From assembly GCF_009914755.1 (NCBI RefSeq), contig NC_060927.1: a DNA stretch of 64,000 nucleotides. The stretch is one strand, 5' to 3'. The stretch's first letter is position 1, and every line of letters begins with the position of its first letter. The DNA comes from the human T2T-CHM13v2.0 reference genome, Homo sapiens. Below, in pieces: positions 43,431 to 55,273 of this stretch. The translations under genes were made by a program, and so were the position numbers. The notes beneath the pieces are model-generated. The model worked only from the letters and a program-made list of their open reading frames with translations, did not search any database and was not told the origin of the DNA.

Positions 43431-43531
43431 GGAGCTCCTCAGCTTGAAAAAGGGGCATTCCAGGCTGCCCCAAGGAAGCCGCCGCCGCCGATCGCCCCTC
43501 CCGGCCCCCCTCGCCGAACCCTGGGCCTCAC

Positions 43532-44383
43532 CTTGCCGCACACCTCGCAGGTGAAGTTTTTGGGCTTGCCATCTGCGGAGCCTCCTGGCAGCTTGCTGTG
43601 GCCCTTGACGCCTCCGCGCTCGGCAGTCAGGGCCGAGTTTTCCTTCAGTACCTGCTCCAGCGGCGCCGGCAAGCGCTCCTTATGGGGATAGGGAGCCGGG
43701 TGGGGGAACTTGTCCGCAGCCAGGCCGGCCAGCTTGGCGTTCTCCAGCAGAAAGAGCTTGGGGTGAGCAGCCAGGGCGGCGGGGGCCTGCGCATTGAGGA
43801 GGCCAGACGGGAAGAGGTGGCCGCTGAGGAGCTCAGACGGCGGGTACGCGGTCGAGTCCAGGTAGTTGAAGTAGTAGAGCGAGCCGCTGGCCGGCAGCCC
43901 CACAGCCTGGTTGATGACCTGCGGCTTGATGACCCTGCCCGCGGGCAGCGCGGACGGCGCCAGGCCCAGCTCGGCCTTGCAGCACACGCCACAGTTGGTT
44001 TTGCACAAGCCGCTGGCGCCGCACACTGGGGCCCCCCCGCCGCCGCCGCCGCCACCGCCGCCGCCGCCTCCGCCGCCGCCCGCCCGGAGGCTGCTTTTCC
44101 AGAGCTCCGAGTAACTGAGCAGTGTCTTTGACGGCACCTCGTAGCCTAGGGGCTGGAGGGGGATCATACAGGGCAGCGGCGAGCAGAGGTTGAGCAGTTT
44201 CTTGCCCTGGCTGCCGTCCGCCTCTAGCGCTCCAGGCCGGGGCTCAAAGGGCGCACGGGGCTCCGACGTCTTGGCCATGATGCGCTCGATGGAAAAGGCC
44301 AGTGTCTTGGAAGTGGCCGGCGACGCTCCGGCGCGCGGGCAGGCCGGGGGCACCATGGTCTCCAGGGAAGCCGAGCTTGCCAT
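43532..44383 (-). CDS. FEZF2: FEZF2 first coding exon (eh1 motif FSIERIM, poly-Gly, start of ZF1)
   Basis: gccATGG Kozak at 44383 and AAG|gtgagg donor; 852 nt. The four exons total 1380 nt, i.e. 459 aa, the known FEZF2 length. Confidence 0.97.
44033..44080 (-). repeat. FEZF2: Interrupted coding (GGC)n repeat encoding 16 Gly
   Basis: (GGC)3 GGA (GGC)4 GGT (GGC)5 (GGG)2. Confidence 0.95.
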
Positions 44384-44793
44384 GGCGCGCGGAGCTGAGC
44401 CGAGCCAGGCTGGGCCAGGGCGCAGCCTCTCTCCTCTAAGTCTGCATTCCGGAAAAGGCAGGGGGGAAAACTGCAATTTAATAAGCACCTAGTCGGGCCC
44501 GGGTCACCCATTTGCATTCAAATGAACAGGGGCAAAACAAAGTGCACCCAAGGGTACCAAATTACCGCCCATTAACCCGGCGCGCAAAGGAACCCACCAG
44601 CCCCTGCCCTGGGACTTTGAAAGGGGGAAGAAGGGGGAGGGTTTACAAAAGAAAAGGGGGGGGGCGGTGAGAAAAGAGTCTCAAATTAACCCCCCTGAGC
44701 CCTTCCCTGGACCCGGGCCTCTGCCACGCGTGCTGGGAGCTGGACAGTGAAGGGGCAAAGTTAAAGAGGACCGGAGAGCCACCTCGCATTTAC

Positions 44794-45030
44794 CTCTTTC
44801 CCCCACCACCAAGGAGATGCGTTCCGAGCCATGCAGCGTGTCTCTTCTGTCACATTTTGATGGCAAACATCTTCCCCTCCGCGTGAGATCACTGTCTTTT
44901 ACATTCAGCTGACATCACATGAAGTCACTTGAAGTGGAATGACATGGGCGGCGGCGCGGCTCCCGTAGCGGCCCCTGTGTTCCCCCGCGCCTGCCGGCCG
45001 CCGCCACCACCGCCCCTCAAACTTTAAAAG
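44794..45030 (-). other. FEZF2: FEZF2 non-coding exon 1 (5' end approximate), spliced to the acceptor at 44441
   Basis: GAG|gtaaat donor at 44794/44793; pyrimidine tract plus tgcag acceptor 58 nt upstream of the ATG; TTTAAA element near 45025 amid GC boxes. Confidence 0.7.
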
Positions 45031-48000
45031 GAGGCAACTGGCGCCCGCGCTCCTCTCGGGAAAGTGCGAGCGGTTTGCGAATAGGGAAAGAGGGAAGAGA
45101 CGGGAGGGGGAGGGGGAGGAATCGTGATGGTTTTGCCGGTGGAAGGAAAGGGGGGGGGGGACCCAAACCCAAACCTAGGCAGAGTTCCGTGCGTGATTCA
45201 CAACTTTGGAGGCCTGCAGGTTTGGGGGACGCGGGGAGGGCGGAGGGTCCCGGACGCGGCGCCCCCAAAGGGCCCCTGGGTATCAGTCTAGTAGCCGAAG
45301 TATCCCTTAGCCCTCCGCAGCCGAGCTGGGCATCGTGCTAATAAACTGCCATTTACCCACGGAACCGGCGCCAGCCCCGAACACGCGCAAATGATAATTA
45401 CCTCATTAGGATGTGGCGCATGGACGCGGGCGCCGCGTTTGGAGGGGGGAACTTGTTAATGGGGAAATATTAATTTATGCAAAAGCAATGAGCTCGCCTT
45501 GGCTGGCGTCGGAGGTCGGGAGAAAGCTCCCACTGACTAAGGACGACCCCGAAGCGTCACGGAGAGCAAGGCCGCTCGCCGGCATCTCGGGGGCCTCGGC
45601 GCCGCGCAGGTGCGCCTCCAGCTTTATGGCCAGCTCTGGGTCTGAGGCTGGGGGAGACTAAACCGAGAGCTGGAAGACTTTCGGAGATCCTAATAGATCA
45701 GAATTGTTGATTTATGATCGGGTTTCTGAGGCAAAGCCGAGTTCTGCTTCTGGTTTAGGGCTGCGTGCGGGGAGGATTCGGAGGGCAGCTCTCCCAGCTG
45801 ATGGGTACTTACTGTTTGTATAATTGAGAAGGTCCAATCTCCACCTGTTTAAGGAGCAGATTGAAACAGCAGAACCTCCCCCTGGATCCTATTAAAACGT
45901 TTTTCCTCCTAAGGCCATTCAGTCGAACCAATTTTCCGAAGTGATTCATAGAGCTGAATTCTGCCAAGGCAGCTCTTTCACTTTTAGCCACTAAAGCACC
46001 GCGTGGAACCGGGTTTTGTGTTTTTCTAAAATAAAGAGAAGGATTATCAGAGAGGAGAGGGAGGGGGCCTGAAGGGGGACGGGCAGAGACTTAGTGTGGC
46101 CAGAGGTACAAGCAGAGGGAAGAAAAGACCCTTTTCTAGACAGGCCCCAAGTAAGTTCGGAGGAATTCAGCGTTTTGTGCCTGGCGCACAAAAGCAGCGC
46201 GCTCCGCGCTTGGTTTGGAGGGGCTGAATTCATCTGTTTGCAGACCATTCCACCTGCGTATCACAACAAACTGCTCAAAGACGCTCCAGCACTTTCAACA
46301 GGCCGGGTGCTCTTGGCGACAACAAAAGTGGTCGAGGCTGAGGGTTCTTACGGAGGGGGGTGGTGGTGGCTAGCAAGAGAGCGAGCGAGAGAATTAGGTT
46401 TAGGAAAGGGGGAGGACTGGGTGCAAGGGTTTTTTGAAAAGTTTTGGCTGGTTTTGTTCGCGGGACAATTATATCTTGCTAGCCAGCTTTTGCAAGACCA
46501 CGAGCTTTGTAGCCGCAATCACAGTTTAAGAGGATTACCGTGGATATAATATGAGCAAACAGGGTTTGATAGTGAATTCCATCTCCAAAGACACACGATC
46601 ATGTGAAGCCAGAGAAAGTGGTGGTAGAGGTAAACCCTCTGTTTCTTCACCCAGGAACAAGTCTTGAGAGGGCTGAGTATCCTGTCCTAGGCCCCTCCAT
46701 GCTGCGAAACATCCCTGGAGAACGTTAAGGGACGGGGGAGAAAAGCTCTAGTTTTAACTTCAGGCAAATCGCTCCCTTTTTCCCTTCAATAAAAGTCTCT
46801 TTCCTTCTGCCCACCCATCCAGTTGCGGCTCCTTTGAGGTGCAATTTTAGGCAGGATTTGGACATAGCAGGTAAAGGAAGGAAAAGTGTACTTGGAAAGA
46901 AAAGAGAGGGAACAGAGAGAGGTCCCTGAGGGAAAGTGGCTTGGAGGTGGACTGCAATAGGCTAATGCTCTCACCCTGCCAAACTCTGAAACTGCCCCTA
47001 AATTCCGCAATCATAAGTCTGTTCCCATAACGTCACCCTCCCACCCCCTCCCCAAACTACCAGATTTCTAAGCCAAGAGGCTTGCTCATCTGGAGAAGAA
47101 CATTTCCATATAGCCCATTTAATTTAGAAGATGTTCAGAGAGACAGAATTCCAGACCCAGGGTACCCCTATCCCTATGTTAATGTGAACACAACAGCACA
47201 GATTACTCCCTCCTCCCACCAAACATGAAACAAACCAACTCACCCCAACATTGAAACAATATCAATACACCTGCAGCATCTCAAGACCCGAATTTCTATC
47301 CCGACTCTCCTGTGGATCCCGTTTGCCACAAGTACTGCACCCCAACCCTTTTTCCAAATTGGGTAATTGTTGCTCTCCGCAGCAGCTCGAAAGATCTGCT
47401 GGTTTGAAAGCTCCATCAGGCTGAAAGGCTTCCAAGGGCTTCCCATGAACCTGCCTTGCCATTTCTATCGCTTTTTGTGGCTGCATAAGCCATCTCTCGC
47501 TCTCTCTCCAGCATCACAAAGGAGTGCTACCTCCACAGAAAGAAAACATTTGGGTAAAAACAAGTTGCCCCTAATGTGCCTCTCTTTCCAAATGTTGGGT
47601 GAATACACTGGCTTTTATGAAAGTATTTAATTAGCTTCCACAAACTTCTCCTTCCCTCGCCTGCAGATTATATTGAAGTGGAGGGTTGGAAACTATTTTA
47701 CACCTTGCCACTCACATGTTAATTAATCTCTATCTAACCCTAATTGCAGTTTATTCAAGCACCGCTCAACAGCTCACCCACACAATAAACACTGATCCTA
47801 CTTTTATACATATTACTTCACGTTAACACATTGAGTAATTAACTCCAGTACCAACTAATAGTGCAAACAAATATTTTCTGTAAACGAGATGATTTCAGGC
47901 AGAATAATAGAGGACTGGGGAAATGTGGCGCATGGTGGAGGGAGTGCTGAGATTTCCGTTCGCTGTCCCCAAATCCTCCAAATTCATTCTTATATACAGC

Positions 48001-48419
48001 ATCTTTTTTTTGTTTGCTTTGAGGCTGAACTGCTTTCTTTTTTTCTTTTCTTTTCTTTCTTTTTTTTTTTTAAAGAGGGACAACTATAGAAATTAAAATC
48101 TCACAGTTTTAGGGAGTCGGTGGAAGGGTTCTGTGGGATTTGGGGTGACATTTTTTCCACCTACGCATTTTCAGTAAAGGAAAATCCAAAATAACTCGAC
48201 ATGAAGGGCAACATGGGGCTCCAGGGCTGAGCAGATGTTTCAGGGATGTGGATTCATTTATGGAAAATAATGTCATCTTATCCCTCCCTCCCCAAGAAGT
48301 CTGTCCCCCAAAGCATGATTTTCCAGTAGAAGTGGGCTGAGGCTATGCTGACATTCTGTAAGTTCCAGTCTCTTTCCCAACCCAAACTGGTACACAAGCT
48401 CCACGTTGGAGGTGTTGGT

Positions 48420-50350
48420 GCCTTCGGGTCAAGAGGAGGACCCAGCAAGCCGCCTGTCCGGGAGGCACGCGGTGGCGGCCCAAGTGAGGCCTACTAGGCC
48501 GCAGAACGCGCTCCGCTCCAGGGCAGGAGTCCTAGGTTGCCCTGTGTAATCCCCGGGCGCCCAGGCCCGTGGCCTTCCGATTCGCTCCATGGCGTGGGTT
48601 GCAGCCCGTCACGCACGGCCGCCGGGCCCGAATCCACCTTGGCGCCTTCCCTAGCCCGAGGCCTCAGCCCCAGGCCTATTTCACTTGGAGCGCCTCAGCC
48701 TAGAGCCGGACGCTTTGGCTTCTTCGCCATCTGGCCCTAGGTTGGGCCTCAAACTCCCGGCGGCGGTAGGGAAACAGACGATCACAGTTAGGCCTGAGGC
48801 CCCTCGGCGGCCTGTGTCCTTCCCACGCCGAAGAACAAGGCGCCAAGGCCGGGCGCGTCCGCTGCTCTGCGGGGCCTGACCGGGGCGGCGACCTCTGGGA
48901 TCCGCGGCGGTGCGACGCCGCGCCCTGGCCAAGCAACCCGCACACCACTGACTGGGGATCCGGGCCCAACCTCAAGGACTGGAGCGCAGTGTTTTAATTG
49001 AAATCGCAGGTTTAAGCACAGCTGGCGGCTGTCTATTGATTTTTACAGGAGCTTCTCTTATGGGAAGCATATTAAATATGACTGGCGCGGCTAGAGCTGA
49101 GACTCTCCTCCCTCCCCTTCCCTCTGTCCATTTTATGGTCACTAACCCGAAGCACTGTAATGATGACTTTTGTTTAAAAAACATATTTTTTTAAATGCCC
49201 GAAATCGCCCTCACTTTAGGACAAATTAGCAGATGCCTTCTTGCGGTGTAGACAACCTCAGAAGAAAATCCCTTTCTTGCGCAAAAAGCTCACACATTTG
49301 CACCACGGAAGAAAAAGGCAAGCATTTCCACTCCAAAAAGTGTTCCAATTTCAGCCCCTGTGGCATGCATATCTTGGTTCTGGATGACAAGGGGCACTAT
49401 TATTTTAAAAACCGTTATTATTTTTTCATCTGGTTGCAATACATAACACAGCGCCCTATGTATGCCATCTCCCCAGGGAGCCGAGCAGCTTGGGAGGAGA
49501 AGGCTTGCTTGCGGCTCCCGAGTTTGGGGAAACACGGGCACTGGGGACCCCGCTCCTTCCTGACTTTTTTTTTTGGGGGGGGGGGGGAGGAACCAATCCT
49601 GAAACAAACAAACTTTATGGTTTAAGGAATGTCTTTTCTTATTCCCTCCCTCCTTCCCTCCCTCCCTCCCTCCTTCTTCCCTCCAGCTCTCCTTCCTTCC
49701 TCCTTTCCTTTCTTTTCTTCCTTCTTTCCAAAGGAACATTTAGAATCTGATTTACTTGGTGCCGCGCTTAACCGCTGCTGAAAATAGATTAACTTCTGAA
49801 GAGAAATTCTTTTGCTATCCTCTCTTTTTTCCCCAGGAAGCATTTTATTGAAAACATTCGAACTGGCTTGCCCGTGGCGGGCTTGTCCAAAGCACAGGGG
49901 CCTCCGCCTTCGGTGCGCGTTGTTCTCAGGATTAGTGCTGTTGGGAGACAAAGAGCCCCAGATACCCGAGGCTGGGAGCGCCGGAGAGCTCCCAGGTTTC
50001 GGGTACCCTCCCGGAGCACGCAAGCACAGTCCCAGGCCTTTAGGGACAGATGGGCCAGAGCCGTCTGCATCTGCCCGCATCCTTTGGGAGGCTGCGATGA
50101 TCGCAGCCAGGGTGGCCGAGCGCCCGGCCCACTGCACCCGGCGGCTGTTTTGCAGCGCCCCTGGCATTCAGGGAATGGTTTGCAAATCTCAATGCACCAC
50201 AGACTAGTTTTCACCGTGGAGCAGGAAAGGCGCCTATTAGCCAGGGGCAACCGGCTTTGCAGACCTGGGCGGGGGCGTAGGGGGAGGGGCGGTGGTGCAA
50301 ACCTATCGTGATTTCCAGGATCCTCCCAACTCCCTCCGCTATCACATCAG
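48420..50350. promoter_or_regulatory. Upstream CpG islands (about 48.4-49.0 kb and 49.75-50.35 kb)
   Basis: High CpG density and no interspersed repeats. Confidence 0.75.
49643..49730. repeat. Polypyrimidine (CCCT/CCTT)n tract
   Basis: Direct reading. Confidence 0.85.
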
Positions 50351-51699
50351 AGGACATTCGCTGACTCTTCGGAAATCTGGGCAGCGAATACACTTCTAGG
50401 CCAGAAGAATTCTCCTAAAAGAGCAGATCTGCAGTCTATCCGTGCAAGCTTAGTACTCTCCTCTCTGCCCTGGATGCATATATATTCACAAACATATATA
50501 TGCATATCATATATATGCATATTGTTTATATGTATGTATGTATATACTTATATACTATCGGCAACCCATCACTAGAAATGCTATTTAATTAGGAATCTGA
50601 TCCAATACCCGCGTGCAGCAATTTGCCAGCAGACGTGTCATTTTGTAAGGCGCAGTGAGGGAAGGAAGTCGTCTCGCCTACCTGGGTTTTCCACTTGCTA
50701 CGCGATTTTGGTGTGCAACCCAAAGGAAATAATCGTTTATAGAGAACGATGATGATGTATTTTTATATATGATATAACACACACATCCGTGTATGCATAT
50801 TTGAAATTAAAAGGCGTTTTGGTGACTGACTGGCCCTGCGTAGTTGAGAGATGTCGGTTTCCGACTCCCTGGGAAGACGGCTTAGGATCCTCCGCGTTAT
50901 TTAACTTGGCAGCTGGTTAAACTCCGCGGTGGAGCCTGCCCAAAGGTATTAGCGTTAAGTGCTGAGAGCAGGAGTTAAGCCGGCAGGGAAAAGGGACCGG
51001 AAGGGGTACAGGGGTGAGGGAAACCGATTTCAGACTTCCCCCAACTTCTGTAAGTTTGCCAGGCAATGTAGGTCTGAGTTAGATGGTGCATTGAATAAGA
51101 ACCTGAAGCGTTGTGATCGCTTTGCAAGCGAATCTCTCAGCTCTGTTTTGTTTGTTTGTTTTGTTTGGCTTTGATAAGAACTTCTCGTGTGTACCGGCAA
51201 ACGGAAAAGTTCTCTCTTGCCCGCATCTCTGGAGCTCTCAGTCGAATCCCATCTTTTCTTTACCTGGGTAAAGATCCCTGATGCTCCACCCCGGGAATTT
51301 ATAGTCTGACTTAGGTGAAGACAAAATGAGAACTCTAAAATACTGCGAAGAGCACATCAATCAATCAAAAAGGAATCAATCTCTTCTTTCTGCTTCCATC
51401 GCTGCCTTCATCACACACACAGACTCTCCCTCTTCGGGGATGAATCTAGGGTAGCAATTAGTAGATGATTACTTATTACTGAGGGCCTATTGTATGCCAC
51501 AGCACTAAGTTTAATACCCACCCTAGTCAGTCCTCAACATCGTCCTGTGAATCCAGTGTATATAATAGATATCTCCATCACACAAATGCAAAAATTGAGG
51601 CTCTTGGAGGCTGGGTAGCATGTCAAAGCTCACGTAACTGGTAAGAGGTTTTCAGAGGTGTACTCCTAAGCACCATACTAAAAACCCAAAACTAAACAA

Positions 51700-52230
51700 C
51701 TGGCTTGTGCTGCTGGTGGAATGGAAATAGGGACAAACACTTTGGAAAACTGCATGGCGGTATCTACTATGGTTGAGTGTTTGCATTACTTATGACCCAG
51801 CAACACCACTCCTAAGTATATACCAAACAGAAATGAGTACCCGTGTTCACCAAAAGACACGTACTATAATGTTTACAGCAGCACTATTTGTAATAGCCTT
51901 AAATTGGAAATTGACTGAATAACCATCAAGAGTGGAACCCATAAATAGTGGTATACTCACAAAATTAAATACTATACATCAATAAGAATCAACAAACTGC
52001 TGCTACACTCAGCTTCATGAATGAGTCTCAAAAATAATGTTGAGCAAAAGCAGCCAAATTCAAATACTTGGTACTGCATGATTCCATTCAAAATAGGCAA
52101 CATTTGGGGACAGAAGAGAGGGGCTTCTGGGGTACTGAGAAAGGTCTGTTTCCCGATCTGGGTTCTGGTTTGTGAATGTTCATCAAGCTATGTACAGTTT
52201 ATTTGTATACTTTTCTAACTATCTGTTAAA
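51700..52230 (+). mobile_element. Old L1 (L1ME-like) 3' fragment
   Basis: cactttggaaaac...tatgacccagcaa...ccactcctaagtatatacc...cagcagcactatttgtaatagcc. Confidence 0.75.
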
Positions 52231-54089
52231 TACACTTTTTATATTTCTATATGCATATTATAATATCTATATATCTGTTAAATTAGTGAATCATTATGAG
52301 TTAGTTTGACTTGCTCCCATCCCTCAAGTCCTCAAAGAGACACTACTCCTCACCTGCCTCTTGAGTTATGCTCTTTTAATTTCTTTCTCTGGACCAGACA
52401 ACCACATCAATTAATTGGCCTCTCATCTAGACTTTTAAAAATAAACTGCATCCAAACTTCTAACACAGTTGTCTTTGGAGGCAGGCAGTTAATCCAGCTT
52501 CTCAGGGAACCTGCAATAAGCTCAAGAATGCTTAATCAAGGGAGCTCATTTGCAGCATTCTTCTCACTCACAACCTCAGCAGAGGGGTGGCAGTTGTGAA
52601 CTTGAACCTGTACCCCTTGCCCTGGGGTTCTAGGTGAATGACTTCAGGCTAGAGACTGCCTCAAACTTTCCAGAGACATTATCTGGCAGGTTGCCTTTGG
52701 AGGTGGAGGATCTGGTTGAGGTCAGGAGGACAGGGTCTGAGATGTTTGTAGGAACTGGCATTAATAGAAAGCCTTGGCAAGTCCTTAGAGCTCAACTCAC
52801 TGGGTCTTGGCCCTAGACAAGACCAGGGGAAAAAAGACAAAATCTTGGCTCCTTGGCAAGTGACCCAGTTAGCAGAACTGGGAATTTTGCTCTGGGAGAG
52901 GGTGGGGAAGTTTATTTTAGCAAGAAAAAGCCTTGGGACACAGAAACCAAACCAAATGCTTGACAATCCCTTTGTGCAAACCCATGGTGAATCCTGCCAG
53001 GGACATAGGTTACAAATCCGACTTCGGCACTTCAAGAAAGATACCAAGAACCTACAGCTAAAGCAATTAAGGTGGGGGCAAGGAAAAGGTAAGAGCTGGT
53101 GCTCCAATTCACATAAATTAAAAAGATAATTCTTGTCCCGAAAAATTGAAAGGAGATAGGACCTAAGGCAATATAATTCATTCATTAGTTAGCCATCTTG
53201 AGCCGTTAGCTATCTTGAGCCTTTCTGTACTGGGTACCATCTAGATGCCAATATATACAGCACTTCCTGAGATAGACACAGTCCCTGCCCTCATGGAACT
53301 TACATTCCATCATTCAACCAATAGGCATGCATAAGTAAGTATCCTCTCTAAACCACTATGTGCTGTTATTGGAGTATTGGAGAATGAATGATGAGCATGG
53401 TGGGGTGATATAAGACTCTCAAAAAGGGTGGAGTTAAAAAAAAGTACAAGCAACCAGAAATAAACTCAAAGAATTCCCTGGCAGTAAGGTTAACAAATTT
53501 TAAAAACTTCTCACTCCAGCAGAAGTTACAGGCTAAAATCACAAATAAAGAGTTTCTGCAGGCATTTCCATGATGTGTGGGTAGATTCACCCTTTGGCAG
53601 CTCATTGCTTGGTGCTTTTTCTAGAGACAGATTTCTGGCCTGGGTGGAACTTGGGTCTCCTTGGAGCAGGGCATTTCTTAAAACGTTATGACACAACATA
53701 AAACTCCTTCCTGGGCTTTGTAGGGCTAAGTGTCTTTGAGGCAGTGTGGCTTCTGCAATCTGATCAAGACAGAAGCCTTGCTTGTCAGTTCTGTGTGTCC
53801 ACAGGCAACTTACTAAACCTCTCTGCAAGGCTGAGTTGCCCATCTTTGGCAGGAGAGAAATACCTGCTTCATCATAGGTAAGGACTAAAAGAAAATGCAC
53901 AGAAGGATCTCAGCGCTGGTGGCTGGCCAATAGAAAGCGGAGTATTCACTATTGTGGTTATAATAACTATTTTGATAACAATGGTTGTTCAGGCTGACTA
54001 GAGGACGAGAGGAAAGAAGAGGGCAAAAAAAAATTCTTTCTTATTCTGTTCTTTACTTCTTTTATTTGATTTTGTAAATAAGGTGGGTT

Positions 54090-54668
54090 TTTTTCTGATT
54101 TAAAAAATAATCGATGGAGAAATTTTGGGAAAAGTAGAGAATTACAAAGAAGAGAAATTAAAATTGCACAAATCCTACCACCCAGAAACTGCAGACAAGT
54201 CTTTGGTGTATATTCTTTCTATGCATTTACAAGATGACATCATATGATACATACTGCTTTATAATCTGCTTTTCCATTTAATATAGCATGAATATTTTCC
54301 CATGCTTTAAATATGCTACTAAGACATTATTTTAATGTCTCTGTAGTACTTCACTATATGTCTTTCACGTGAGTTAGTCCTTTGTCATTGGATATTTAAG
54401 ATGTTTACAATTTTTTTGCAAGAGTTCCATCGGGAACATTCTCACACATGAATTTTGTGCATAGCTGATCCTGTAGGACAAATTCCCAGAAGCAGAAGTA
54501 CTATGGTAAAAGATATGCACATTTTTAAAGCTTTAGATACCAACTGACAAACTGCCCTTCAGAAAGGGGATACATATTTAGCCCCACTCCAGTCAGCAGG
54601 ATGTGACAATTCCTTGTTCCCAGTACCTTCACAAATACTACGTATAATCATTTAAAAAATCCTTACCA
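54090..54668 (-). mobile_element. Old L1 (L1ME-like), antisense
   Basis: tgcttttccatttaatatagcatgaatattttcccatg...ggacaaattcccagaagcagaa. Confidence 0.6.
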
Positions 54669-54669
54669 T

Positions 54670-55155
<486 letters not shown>

Positions 55156-55273
55156 TTATGCCCATATATTCTTACCCAGGGCAGACTTGGGTGCCAAATT
55201 ACAGAGAACTTAGAATGTAGAAAGAACGGTGCAGACCTAGGTAATAGAAAAGAGGAAGACATGTGGGAAAAGA

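Larger units (their letters stand above)
39500..45700. promoter_or_regulatory. CpG-island domain spanning the FEZF2 3' flank, gene body and promoter
   Basis: Visibly high GC and CpG density relative to the flanks. Confidence 0.85.

Noticed and set aside
43598-44131. Antisense and alternative-frame ORFs over FEZF2 exon 2
   Set aside because: Expected shadows of GC-rich coding sequence.
44384-44488. N-terminal extension in the 349-aa ORF ([12 protein letters not shown]...)
   Set aside because: It starts at a non-ATG codon inside intron 1 and runs through the polypyrimidine tract. The Kozak ATG at 44383 gives the 459-aa protein.
45553-45570. RE1/REST-like agcgtcacggagagc
   Set aside because: Several mismatches in the conserved left half-site.
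45411-47935. Identical 13-mer ATGTGGCGCATGG at 45411 and 47923
   Set aside because: Tens of chance 13-mer matches are expected within 64 kb, and the flanks show no homology.
50150-50168. CTCF-like gcagcgcccctggca
   Set aside because: Only the GGCGC end aligns; the CCASYAG half does not.
49233-50311. Several overlapping 130-181 aa ORFs on both strands
   Set aside because: By-products of the CpG island and the CT-rich tract; no domain and no coherent exon structure.
52679-53185. 168-aa minus-strand ORF
   Set aside because: No recognisable homology or splice structure; composition looks non-coding.
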